Assembly: GCA_964016885.1 (NCBI GenBank)
Contig: OZ024743.1
Location: 322,214,001 to 322,278,000, forward strand
Origin: Eledone cirrhosa
Lineage: Eukaryota
Direction: 5' to 3'
DNA length: 64,000 nt
The notes beneath the pieces are model-generated. The model searched no databases and was not told the DNA's origin. It saw only the letters and a program-made list of their open reading frames with translations. Shown piece by piece: positions 15,417-28,600 of this stretch. The position numbers were made by a program, and so were the translations under genes. The first letter of the stretch is position 1. Each line of letters begins with the position of its first letter.

Positions 15417-17852
15417 ACACTTTCCCACCATGTTCTGGGTCCTTAACTTGGAGCTACAGTAAAACACACTGACCCACCTTGATCTGGGTCCTTAACCCGG
15501 AGGTACAGTAAGAGACACTTAACCACCTCGATCATGGTCCTTAACTTGGAGCTACATAAAAGACAGTTACCGACCTCGATATGGGTCCTTAACTTGGGGC
15601 TACGGTAAAAGACACTTACCCACTCGATCTGGGTCCTTAACTTGGAACTACAGTAAAAGACACTTACCCACCGCGATCTGGGTCCTTAACTTGGTGCTAC
15701 GATAAAACAGACTTACCCACCTCCATCTGGGTCCTTAACTTGGAGCTAGAGTAAAAGGCACCCACCTATATTTGGGTCCTTAACTTGGAACTACAGTAAA
15801 ACAGACTTACCCACCTCTATCTGGGTCCTTAACTTGGAGTTACAGTAAATAACACTTACTCACCTCGATCTGGGTCCTTAACTTGGAGCTACAATAAAAC
15901 ACACTTACCCACCTAGATCGGGTCCTTAACTTGGAACTACTGTAAAAGACACTTACCCACCTTGATCTGGGTCCTTAACTTGGAGCTAGAGTAAAAGACA
16001 CTTACCCACGTATATTTGGGTCCTTAACTTGGAGCTACAGTAAAACACACTTACCCAACTTGATCTGAGTCCTTAACTTGGAAAGACAGTAAAAGACACT
16101 TACCCATCTTGATCTGGGTCCTTAACTTGGAGCTACAGTAAAACACACTTACCCACCTCGATCTGGGTCCTTAACTTGGAGCTACAGTAAAACAGACTTA
16201 CCCACCTCAATCTGGGTCCTTAACTTGGAGCTACAGTAAAATATCCTTACCCACCTCGATCTGGGTCCTTATTTGGAGCTACAGTAAAATACACCTACTC
16301 ACCTGATCTGGGACCTTAAATTGGAGCTACAGTAAAAGACACTTAACCACCTCGATCTGGGTCCTTAACTTGGAGCTACGATAAAACACATATACCCACA
16401 TCGATCTGGGTCCGTAACTTGGAGCTACAGTAAAACACACTTACCCACCTCGATCTGGGTCCTTAATTTGGAGCTACAGTAAAACACACTTACCCACCTG
16501 ATCTGGGTCCTTAACTTGGAGCTACAGTAAAACACACTTTCCCACCATGATCTGGGTCCTTAACTTGGAGCTACAGTAAAACACACTTACCCACCTCGAT
16601 CTGGGTCCTTAACTTGGAGGTACAGTAAGAGACACTTTCCCACCATGTTCTGGGTCCTTAACTTGGAGCTACAGTAAAACACACTGACCCACCTTGATCT
16701 GGGTCCTTAACCCGGAGGTACAGTAAGAGACACTTAACCACCTCGATCATGGTCCTTAACTTGGAGCTACATAAAAGACAGTTACCGACCTCGATATGGG
16801 TCCTTAACTTGGGGCTACGGTAAAAGACACTTACCCACTCGATCTGGGTCCTTAACTTGGAACTACAGTAAAAGACACTTACCCACCGCGATCTGGGTCC
16901 TTAACTTGGTGCTACGATAAAACAGACTTACCCACCTCCATCTGGGTCCTTAACTTGGAGCTAGAGTAAAAGACACCCACCTATATTTGGGTCCTTAACT
17001 TGGAACTACAGTAAAACAGACTTACCCACCTCTATCTGGGTCCTTAACTTGGAGTTACAGTAAATAACACTTACTCACCTCGATCTGGGTCCTTAACTTG
17101 GAGCTACAATAAAACACACTTACCCACCTAGATCGGGTCCTTAACTTGGAACTACTGTAAAAGACACTTACCCACCTTGATCTGGGTCCTTAACTTGGAG
17201 CTAGAGTAAAAGACACTTACCCACGTATATTTGGGTCCTTAACTTGGAGCTACAGTAAAACACACTTACCCAACTTGATCTGAGTCCTTAACTTGGAAAG
17301 ACAGTAAAAGACACTTACCCATCTTGATCTGGGTCCTTAACTTGGAGCTACAGTAAAACACACTTACCCACCTCGATCTGGGTCCTTAACTTGGAGCTAC
17401 AGTAAAACAGACTTACCCACCTCAATCTGGGTCCTTAACTTGGAGCTACAGTAAAATATCCTTACCCACCTCGATCTGGGTCCTTATTTGGAGCTACAGT
17501 AAAATACACCTACTCACCTGATCTGGGACCTTAAATTGGAGCTACAGTAAAAGACACTTAACCACCTCGATCTGGGTCCTTAACTTGGAGCTACGATAAA
17601 ACACATATACCCACATCGATCTGGGTCCGTAACTTGGAGCTACAGTAAAACACACTTACCCACCTCGATCTGGGTCCTTAATTTGGAGCTACAGTAAAAC
17701 ACACTTACCCACCTGATCTGGGTCCTTAACTTGGAGCTACAGTAAAACACACTTTCCCACCATGATCTGGGTCCTTAACTTGGAGCTACAGTAAAACACA
17801 CTTACCCACCTCGATCTGGGTCCTTAACTTGGAGGTACAGTAAGAGACACTT
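15417..17852. repeat. Higher-order tandem duplication, period 1215 bp (~25 monomers), 2 copies
   Basis: TGTTCTGGG 15431/16646, GAAAGACAGT 16081/17296, AAAATATCC 16238/17453 and TACAGTAAGAGAC 16621/17836 are all at +1215. Confidence 0.92.
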
Positions 17853-20800
17853 AACCACCTCGATCATGGTCCTTAACTAGGAGCTACATAAAAGACACTT
17901 ACCCACCTCGATCTGGGTCCTTAACCTGGGGCTACGGTAAAAGACACTTACCCACCTCGATCTGGGTCCTTAACTTGGAACTACAGTAAAAGACAATTAC
18001 CCACCTCGATCTGGGTCCTTAACTTGGTGCTACGATAAACCAGACTTACCCACCTTCTTTTGGGTCCTTAACTTGGAGCTAGAGTAAAAGTCACCCACCT
18101 ATATTTGGGTCCTTAACTGGGAGCTACAGTAAAACAGACTTACCCACCTCGATCTGGGTCCTTAACTTGGAGCTACAATAAAACACACCTACCCACCTCG
18201 ATCTGGGTCCTTAACTTGGAACTACAGTAAAAGACACTTACCCACCTCGATCTGGGTCCTTAACTTTGAGCTAGAGGAAAAGACACTAACCCACCTATAT
18301 TTGTGTCCTTAACTTGGAGCTACAGTAAAACACACTTACCCACCTTGATCTGTGTCCTTAACTTGGAGCTACATTAAAACACACTTACGCACCTTGATCT
18401 GGGTCCTTAACTTGGAGTTACAGTAAAACACACTTACCCACCTTGATCTGGGTCCTTAACTTGGAACAACAGTAAAAGACACTTACCCACCTCGATCTGG
18501 GGCCTTAAATTGGAGCTACAGTAAAAGACACTTACCCAACTTGATCTGGGTCCTTAACTTGGAGCTACAGTAAAACACACTTACCCACCTCGATTTGGGT
18601 CCTGAACTTGGAGCTACTGTAAAAAACACTTACCCACCTAGATCTGGGTCCTTAACTTGGAGCTACAGTAAAACACACTTAACCACCTCGATCTGGGTCC
18701 TTAACTTGAAGCTACGGTAAAACACACTTACCCACCTGATCTGGGTCCTTAACTTGGAGCTAGAGTAAAACACACTTACCCACCTCGATCTGGGTCATTA
18801 ACTTGGAGCTACTGTAAAAAACACTTACCCACCTAGATCTGGGTCCTTAACTTGGAGCTCCAGTAAAAGAGACTTACCCACTCGATCTGGGTCCTTAAAT
18901 TGGAGCTCCAGCAAAAGACACTTACCCACTCGATCTGGGTCCTTAACTTGTAGCTACAGTAAAAGACACTTACCCACCTCGATCTGGGTTTTTAACTTGG
19001 AGCTAGAGTAAAAGACACTTACACACCTCGATCTGGGTCCTTAACATGGAGCTACAGTAAAAGACAATTACCCACCTCGATCTGGGTCCTTAACTTGGAG
19101 CTACAGTAAAAGACACTTACCACCTCGATCTGGGTCCTTAACTTGGAGCTACAGTAAAACAGACTTACCCACCTCAATCTGGGTCCTTAACTTGGAGCTA
19201 CAGTAAAATATCCTTACCCACCTCGATCTGGGTCCTTATTTGGAGCTACAGTAAAATACACCTACTCACCTGATCTGGGACCTTAAATTGGAGCTACAGT
19301 AAAAGACACTTAACCACCTCGATCTGGGTCCTTAACTTGGAGCTACGATAAAACACATATACCCACATCGATCTGGGTCCGTAACTTGGAGCTACAGTAA
19401 AACACACTTACCCACCTCGATCTGGGTCCTTAATTTGGAGCTACAGTAAAACACACTTACCCACCTGATCTGGGTCCTTAACTTGGAGCTACAGTAAAAC
19501 ACACTTTCCCACCATGATCTGGGTCCTTAACTTGGAGCTACAGTAAAACACACTTACCCACCTCGATCTGGGTCCTTAACTTGGAGGTACAGTAAGAGAC
19601 ACTTAACCACCTCGATCATGGTCCTTAACTAGGAGCTACATAAAAGACACTTACCCACCTCGATCTGGGTCCTTAACCTGGGGCTACGGTAAAAGACACT
19701 TACCCACCTCGATCTGGGTCCTTAACTTGGAACTACAGTAAAAGACAATTACCCACCTCGATCTGGGTCCTTAACTTGGTGCTACGATAAACCAGACTTA
19801 CCCACCTTCTTTTGGGTCCTTAACTTGGAGCTAGAGTAAAAGTCACCCACCTATATTTGGGTCCTTAACTGGGAGCTACAGTAAAACAGACTTACCCACC
19901 TCGATCTGGGTCCTTAACTTGGAGCTACAATAAAACACACCTACCCACCTCGATCTGGGTCCTTAACTTGGAACTACAGTAAAAGACACTTACCCACCTC
20001 GATCTGGGTCCTTAACTTTGAGCTAGAGTAAAAGACACTAACCCACCTATATTTGTGTCCTTAACTTGGAGCTACAGTAAAACACACTTACCCACCTTGA
20101 TCTGTGTCCTTAACTTGGAGCTACATTAAAACACACTTACGCACCTTGATCTGGGTCCTTAACTTGGAGTTACAGTAAAACACACTTACCCACCTTGATC
20201 TGGGTCCTTAACTTGGAACAACAGTAAAAGACACTTACCCACCTCGATCTGGGGCCTTAAATTGGAGCTACAGTAAAACACACTTACCCACCTCGATTTG
20301 GGTCCTGAACTTGGAGCTACTGTAAAAAACACTTACCCACCTAGATCTGGGTCCTTAACTTGGAGCTACAGTAAAACACACTTAACCACCTCGATCTGGG
20401 TCCTTAACTTGAAGCTACGGTAAAACACACTTACCCACCTGATCTGGGTCCTTAACTTGGAGCTAGAGTAAAACACACTTACCCACCTCGATCTGGGTCA
20501 TTAACTTGGAGCTACTGTAAAAAACACTTACCCACCTAGATCTGGGTCCTTAACTTGGAGCTCCAGTAAAAGAGACTTACCCACTCGATCTGGGTCCTTA
20601 AATTGGAGCTCCAGCAAAAGACACTTACCCACTCGATCTGGGTCCTTAACTTGGAGCTACAGTAAAAGACACTTACCCACCTCGATCTGGGTTTTTAACT
20701 TGGAGCTAGAGTAAAAGACACTTACACACCTCGATCTGGGTCCTTAACATGGAGCTACAGTAAAAGACAATTACCCACCTCGATCTGGGTCCTTAACTTG

Positions 20801-20860
20801 GAGCTACAGTAAAAGACACTTACCACCTCGATCTGGGTCCTTAACTTGGAGCTACAGTAA
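17390..20860. repeat. Higher-order tandem duplication, period 1752 bp (~36 monomers); second copy lacks one monomer
   Basis: CAGACTT 17408/19160, CCTTAACTAG 17871/19623 and TAACTTTGAG 18261/20013 are at +1752. GCAAAAGAC 18911/20614 is at +1703 (1752-49). Confidence 0.9.
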
Positions 20861-20889
20861 AACACACTTACCCACCTCAATCTGGGTCC

Positions 20890-21970
20890 TTAACTTGGAG
20901 CTACAGTAAATCATACTTACCCACCTTGATCTGGGTCCTTAACTTGGAGCTACAGTAAAAGACACATACCCACCTCGATCTGGGTCATTAAATTGGAGCT
21001 ACACTAAAAGACACTTACCCGCCTGGATCTGGGTCCTTGACTTGGAGCTACGATAAAACACACATACCCACATCGATCTGGGTCCGTAACTTGGAGCTAC
21101 AGTAAAACACACTTACCCACCTCGATCTGGGTACTTAACTTGAAGCTACAGTAAAACACACTTACCCACCTCGATCTGGGTCCTTAACTTGGAGCTACGA
21201 TAAAACACACATACCCACATCGATCTGGGTCCGTAACTTGGAGCTACAGTAAAACACACTTTCCCACCATGTTCTGGGTCCTTAACTTGGAGCTACAGTA
21301 AAACACACTGACCCACCTTGATCTGGGTCCTTAACCCGGAGGTACAGTAAGAGACACTTAACCACCTCGATCATGGTCCTTAACTTGGAGCTACATAAAA
21401 GACAGTTACCGACCTCGATATGGGTCCTTAACTTGGGGCTACGGTAAAAGACACTTACCCACTCGATCTGGGTCCTTAACTTGGAACTACAGTAAAAGAC
21501 ACTTACCCACCGCGATCTGGGTCCTTAACTTGGTGCTACGATAAAACAGACTTACCCACCTCCATCTGGGTCCTTAACTTGGAGCTAGAGTAAAAGACAC
21601 CCACCTATATTTGGGTCCTTAACTTGGAACTACAGTAAAACAGACTTACCCACCTCTATCTGGGTCCTTAACTTGGAGTTACAGTAAATAACACTTACTC
21701 ACCTCGATCTGGGTCCTTAACTTGGAGCTACAATAAAACACACTTACCCACCTAGATCGGGTCCTTAACTTGGAACTACTGTAAAAGACACTTACCCACC
21801 TTGATCTGGGTCCTTAACTTGGAGCTAGAGTAAAAGACACTTACCCACGTATATTTGGGTCCTTAACTTGGAGCTACAGTAAAACACACTTACCCACCTT
21901 GATCTGAGTCCTTAACTTGGAACAACAGTAAAAGACACTTACCCATCTTGATCTGGGTCCTTAACTTGGA
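20890..21970. repeat. Non-adjacent copy of ~15050-16130 (offset 5839 bp)
   Basis: ATCATACTTACCCACCTTGA 15071/20910 and TGTTCTGGG 15431/21270 are both at +5839, and the downstream variants come in the same order (AACCCGG, GATATGG, TAGATCGGG, CACGTATATT). Confidence 0.85.
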
Positions 21971-23559
21971 GCTACAGTAAATCACACTTACCCACTTCGA
22001 TCTGGGTCCTTAATTTGGAGCTATAGTAAAGACACTTACCCACCTAGATCTGGGTCCTTAACTTGGAGCTACAGTAAAAGACACTTACCTACCTGGATCT
22101 GGGTCCTTAACTTGGAGGTACATAAAAAGACACTTACCTACCTGGATCTGGGTCCTTAACTTGGAGCTAGAGTAAAAGACACTTACCCACCTCAATCTGG
22201 GTCCTTAACTTGGAGATATAGTAAAAGACACTTACCCACCTCGATTTGGGTCCTTAACTTGGAGCTACAGTAAAAAACACTTACCCACCTTGATCTGGGT
22301 CCTTAACTTGGAGCTACAGTAAAACACACTTGCCCACCTCGATCTGGGTCCTTAACTTGAAGCTACAGTAAAACACACTTACCTACCTAGATCTGGGTCC
22401 TTAACTTGGAGCTACAGTAAAACACACTTACCCACCACGATCTGGGTCCTTAATTTGGAACAACAGTAAAAGACACTTCCCCACCTCCATCTGGGTCCTT
22501 AACTTGGAGCTACAGTAAATCACACTTACCCACCTAGATCTGGGTCCTTAACTTCGAACTACAGTAAAAGACACTTACTCACCTTGATCTGGGTCCTTAA
22601 CTTGGAACAACAGTAAAAGACACTTACCCGCCTTGATCTGGGTCCATAGCTTGGAGCTACAGTGAACACACTTACCCACCTTGATCTGGGGCCTTAAATT
22701 GGAGCTACAGTAAAAGACACTTACCCACCTTGATCTGGGTCCTTAACTTGGAGCTACAGTAAAAGACACTTACCTACCTGGATCTGGGTCCTTAACTTGG
22801 AGCTAGAGTAAAAGACACTTACCCACCTCAATCTGGGTCCTTAACTTGGAGATATAGTAAAAGACACTTACCCACCTCGATTTGGGTCCTTAACTTGGAG
22901 CTATAGTAAAGACACTTACCCACCTAGATCTGGGTCCTTAACTTGGAACTACAGTAAAACACACTTACGCACCTTGATCTGGGTCCTTAACTTGGAGCTA
23001 CAGTAAAACACACTTACCCACCTCGATCTGGGTCCTTAACTTGGAGCTACAGTAAAAGACACTTACCCACCTCGATCTGGGTCCTTAACTTGGAGCTACA
23101 GTAAAACAGACTTACCCACCTAGATATGGGTCCTTAACTTCGAACTACATTAAAAGACACTTACTCACCTTGATCTGGGTCCTTAACTTGGAACAACAGT
23201 AAAAGACACTTACCCGCCTTGATCTGTCTCCTTACCTTGGAGCTACAGTAAAACACACTTACCCACCTCGATCTGGGTCCTTAACTCGGAGCTAGAGTAA
23301 AACACACTTACCCACATCGATCTGGGTCATTAACTTGGAGCTACAGTAAAACATACTTACCCACCAGATCTGTGTCCTTAACTTGGAACTACAGTAAAAG
23401 ACAGTTACCCACCTCGATCTGAGTCCTTAACTTGTAGCTAGAGTAAATACGCGTACCCACCACGATCAGGGTCCTGAACTTGGATCTACAGTAAAACACA
23501 CTTACTCACCTCGATCTGGGTCCTTAACTTGAAGCTACAGTAAAACACACTTACCCAAC

Positions 23560-23840
23560 TCTATCTGGGTCCTTAAATTGGAGCTCCAGCAAAAGACACT
23601 TAACCACTCGATCTGGGTCCTTAACTTGGAGCTACAATAAAACACACTTACCCACTCGATCTGGGTCCTTAAATTGGAGCTCCAGCAAAAGACACTTAAC
23701 CACTCGATCTGGGTCCTGAACTTGGAGCTACAATAAAACACACTTACCCACTCGATCTGGGTCCTTAAATTGGAGCTCCAGCAAAAGACACTTAACCACT
23801 CGATCTGGGTCCTGAACTTGGAGCTACAGTAAAACACACT
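23560..23840. repeat. Three tandem copies of a 96-bp dimer made of two 48-bp deletion monomers
   Basis: CTCCAGCAAAAGACACTTAACCACTCG and CTACAATAAAACACACTTACCCACTCG units alternate. This appears as a 32-aa period in ORF 23535..23837. Confidence 0.85.
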
Positions 23841-25689
23841 TACTCACCTCGATCTGGGTCCTTAACTTGGAGCTACAGTAAAGGACACTTACCCATCTCG
23901 ATCTGGGTCCTTAACATGGAGCTACAGTAAAAGACACTTACCGACCTCGATCTGGGTCCTTAACTTGGTGCTACAGTAAAAGACACTTACCACCTCGATC
24001 TGGGTCCTTAACTTGGAGCTACAGTAAATCATACTTAACCACCTTGATCTGGGTCCTTAACTTGGAGCTACAGTAAAAGACACATACCCACCTCGATCTG
24101 GGTCATTAAATTGGAGCAACAGTAAAATACACTTACCCGCCTCGATCTGGGTCCTTAACTTGGAGCTACGATAAAACACACATATCCACATCGATCTGGG
24201 TCCGTAAATTGGAGCTACAGTAAAACACACTTACCCACCTCGATCTGGGTCCTTAACTTGGAGCTCCAGTAAAAAACAGGTACCCACCACGATCTGGGTC
24301 CTTAACTTGGAGCTCCAGTAAAAGACACATACCCACTCGATCTGGGTCCTTAAATTGGAGCTCCAGCAAAAGACACTTACCCACTCGATCTGGGTCATTA
24401 ACTTGGAGCTACAATAAAACACACTTACCCACTCGATCTGGGTCCTCAACTTGGAGCTACAGTAAAACACACTTACTCACCTCGATCTGGGTTTTTAACT
24501 TGGAGCTAGAGTAAAAGACACTTACACACCTCGATCTGGGTCCTTAACATGGAGCTACAGTAAAAGACACTTACCCACCTCGATCTGGGTCCTTAACTTG
24601 GTGATACAGTAAAAGACACTTACCACCTCGATCTGGGTCCTTAACTTGGAGCTACAGTAAATCATACTTACCCACTTTGATCTGGGTCCTTAACTTGGAG
24701 CTACAGTAAAAGACACTTACCCGCCTCGATCTGGGTCCTTAACTTGGAGCTACGATAAAACACACATACCACAACGATCTGGGTCCGTAACTTGGAGCTA
24801 CAGTAAAACACACTTACCCACCTCGATCTGGGTCCTTAACTTGAAGCTACAGTAAAACACACTTACCCACCTCGATCTGGGTCCTTAACTTGGAGCTACA
24901 GTAAAACACACTTTCCCACCATGATCTGGGTCCTTAACTTGGAGCAACAGTAAAACACACTTACCCACCTTGATCTGGGTCCTTAACCCGGAGGTACAGT
25001 AAGAGACACTTAACCACCTCGATCATGGTCCTTAACTTGGAGCTACATAAAAGACACTTACCGACCTCGATATGGGTCCTTAACTTGGGGCTACCGTAAA
25101 AGACACTTACCCACTCGATCTGGGTCCTTAACTTGGAACTACAGTAAAAGACACTTACCCACCGCGATCTGGGTCCTTAACTTGGAACTACAGTAAAATA
25201 GACTTACCCACCTTATCTGGTTCCTTAACTTGGAGCTGCAGTAAATAACACTTACTCACCTCGATCTGGGTCCTTAATTTGGAGCTACAATAAAACACAC
25301 TTACCCACCTTGATCTGGGTCCTTAACTTGGAGCTAGAGTAAAAGACACTTACCCACGTATATTTGGGTCCTTTACTTGGAGCTACAGTAAAACACACTT
25401 ACCCACCTCGATCTGAGTCGTTAACTTGGAACAACAGTAAAAGACACTTACCCATCTTGATCTGGGTCCTTAACTTGGAGCTACAGTAAATCACACTTAC
25501 CCACCTCGATCTGGGTCCTTAATTTGGAGCTATAGTAAAGACACTTACCCACCTCGATCTGGGTCCTTAACTTGGAACTACAGTAAAAGACACTTACCCA
25601 CCATGATCTGGGTCCTTAACTGGGAGCTACAGTAAAACACACTTACCCACCTTGATCTGGGTCCTTAGTTTGGAGCTACAGTAAACACA

Positions 25690-28600
25690 CTTACCCACGT
25701 ATATTTGGGTCCTTGACTTGGAACTACAGTAAAACACACTTACCCACCTTGATCTGAGTCCTTAACTTGGAACAACAGTAAAAGACACTTACCCATCTTG
25801 ATCTGGGTCCTTAACTTGAAGCTACAGTAAATCACACTTACCCACCTCGATCTGGGTCCTTAATTTGGAGCTATAGTAAAGACACATACCCACCTTGATC
25901 TGGGTCCTTAACTTGGAACTACATTAAAAGACACTTACCCACCTTGATCTGGGTCCTTAACTGGGAGCTACAGTAAAACACACTTACCCACCTCGATCTG
26001 GGTCCTTAGCTTGGAGCTACAGTAAACACACTTACCCACCTCGATCTGGGGCCTTTAATTGGAGCTACAGTAAAAGACACTTACCCACCTTGATCTGGGT
26101 CCTTAACTTGGAGCTAGAGTAAAAAACACTTACCCACCTAGATCTGGGTCCTTAACTTGGAGCTACAGTAAAACACACTTACCCACCTCGATCTGGGTCC
26201 TTAACTTGGAGCTACAGTAAAACACACTTACCCACCTCGATCTGGGTCCTTAACTTGGAGCTACAGTAAAACACTCTTACCCACCTCGATCTGGGTCCTT
26301 AATTTGGAACAACAGTAAAAGACACTTACCCACCTCGATCTGGCTCCTTAACTTGGAGCTACAGTAAAACACACTTACCCACCTTGATCTGGGTCCTTAA
26401 CTTGGAGCTACTGTAAAAGACACTTACCCACCTCGATCTGGGTTCTTAACATGGAGCTACAGTAAAACACACTTACCCACCTAGATCTGGGTCCTTAACT
26501 TGGAGCTACAGTAAAACACACTTACCCACCTAGATCTGGGTCCTTAATTTGGAGCTATAGTAAAGACACTTACCCACCTTGATCTGGGTCCTTAACTGGG
26601 AGCTACTGTAAAACACATTTACCCACCTCTATCTGGGTCCTTAACTTGGAACTACAGTAAAACACACTTACCCACCTCGATCAGAGACCTTACCTTGGAG
26701 CTAGAGTAAAAAACACGTACCTACCTCGATCTGGGTCCTTAATTTGCAGCTAGAGTAAAAGACACTTACCCACCTCGATCTGGGTCCTAATTTGGAACTA
26801 CAGTAAAACACACTTACCCACCTGATCTGGGTCCTTAACTTGGAGCTACAGTGAAACACACACCTTCCCACCATGATCTGGGTCCTTAACATGGAGTTAC
26901 AGTAAAACACACTTACCCACACCGATATGGGTCCTTAACTTGGAGGTACAGTAAGAGACACTTAACCACCTCGATGATGGTCCTTAACTTGGAGCTACAT
27001 AAAAGACACTTACCCACCTCGATCTGGGTCCTTAACTTGGGGCTACGGTAAAAGACACTTACCCACCTCTATCTGGGTCCTTAACTTGGAACTTCAGTAA
27101 AAGACACTTACCCACCGCGATCTGGGTCCTTAACTTGGTGCTACGATAAAACAGACTTACCCACCTCCATCTGGGTCCTTAACTTGGAGCTACAGTAAAA
27201 CACACTTACCCACTTCGATCTGGGTCCTTAACTTGGAGGTACAGTAAAAGACACTTAACCACCTCGATCATGGTCCTTAACTTGGAGCTACATAAAAGAC
27301 ACTTACCGACCTCGATCTGGGTCCTTAACTTGGGGCTACGGTAACAGACACTTTCCCACTCGATCTGGGTCCTTAACTTGGAACTACAGTAAAAGACACT
27401 TACCCACCTCCATCTGGGTCCTTAACTTGGAGCTAGAGTAAAAGACACCCACCTATATTTGGGTCCTTAACTTGGAGCTACAGTAAAACAGACTTACCCA
27501 CCTCTATCTGGGTCCTTAACTTGGAGCTATAGTAAATCACACTTACTCACCTCGATCTGGGTCCTTAACTTGGAGCTACAATAAAACACACTTACCCACC
27601 TCGATCTGGGTCCTTAGCTTGGAGCTAGAGTAAAATACACTTACCCACGTATATTTGGGTCCTTAACTTGGAACTACAGTAAAACACACTTACCCACCTT
27701 GATCTGAGTCCTTAACTTGGAACAACAGTAAAAGGCACTTACCCATCTTGATCTGGGTCCTTAACTTGAAGCTACAGTAAATCACACTTACCCACCTCGA
27801 TCTGGGTCCTTAATTTGGAGCTATAAGAAAAGACACTTACCCACCTCGATCTGGGTCCTTAACTTGGAACTACATTAAAAGACACTTACCCACCTTGATC
27901 TGGGTCCTTAACTGGGAGCTACAGTAAAACACACTTACCCACCTCGATCTGGGTCCTTAGCTTGGAGCTACAGTAAACACACTTACCCACCTCGATCTGG
28001 GGCCTTTAATTGGTGTTACAGTAAAAGACACTTACCCACCTTGATCTGGGTCCTTAACTTGGAGCTAGAGTAAAAAACACTTACCCACCTAGATCTGGGT
28101 CCTTAACTTGGAGTTACAGTAAAACACACTTACCCACCTCGATCTGGGTCCTTAACTTGGAGCTACAGTAAAACACACTTACCCACCTAGATCTGGGTCC
28201 TTAACTTCGAAATACAGTAAAAGACACTTACTCACCTCGATCTGGGTCCTTAATTTGGAACAACAGTAAAAGACACTTACCCACCTCGATCTGGCTCCTT
28301 AACTTGGAGCTACAGTAAAACACACTTACCCACCTCGATCTGGGTCCTTAACTTGGAGCTACTGTAAAAGACACTTACCCACCTCGATCTGGGTTCTTAA
28401 CATGGAGCTACAGTAAAACACAGTTACCCACCTAGATCTGGGTCCTTAACTTGGAGCTACAGTAAAACACACTTACCCACCTAGATCTGGGTCCTTAATT
28501 TGGAGCTATAGTAAAGACACTTACCCACCTTGATCTGGGTCCTTAACTGGGAGCTACTGTAAAACACATTTACCCACCTCTATCTGGGTCCTTAACTTGG

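Noticed and set aside
23535-23837. 100-aa minus-strand ORF with a 32-aa period
   Set aside because: It is fully explained by three copies of a 96-bp satellite dimer, with a GTG start and no recognisable domain.
24231-24470. 79-aa ORF ending in LQVKDPDRGG, loosely like a cadherin DxDxG motif
   Set aside because: The motif is only ~10 aa, is followed at once by a stop, and is simply one frame of the consensus monomer. It is too short to support homology.
26701-26922. 73-aa minus-strand ORF
   Set aside because: It stays open through chance indels; the duplicate near 28650-28870 lacks the 2-bp insertion and is not in the ORF track.
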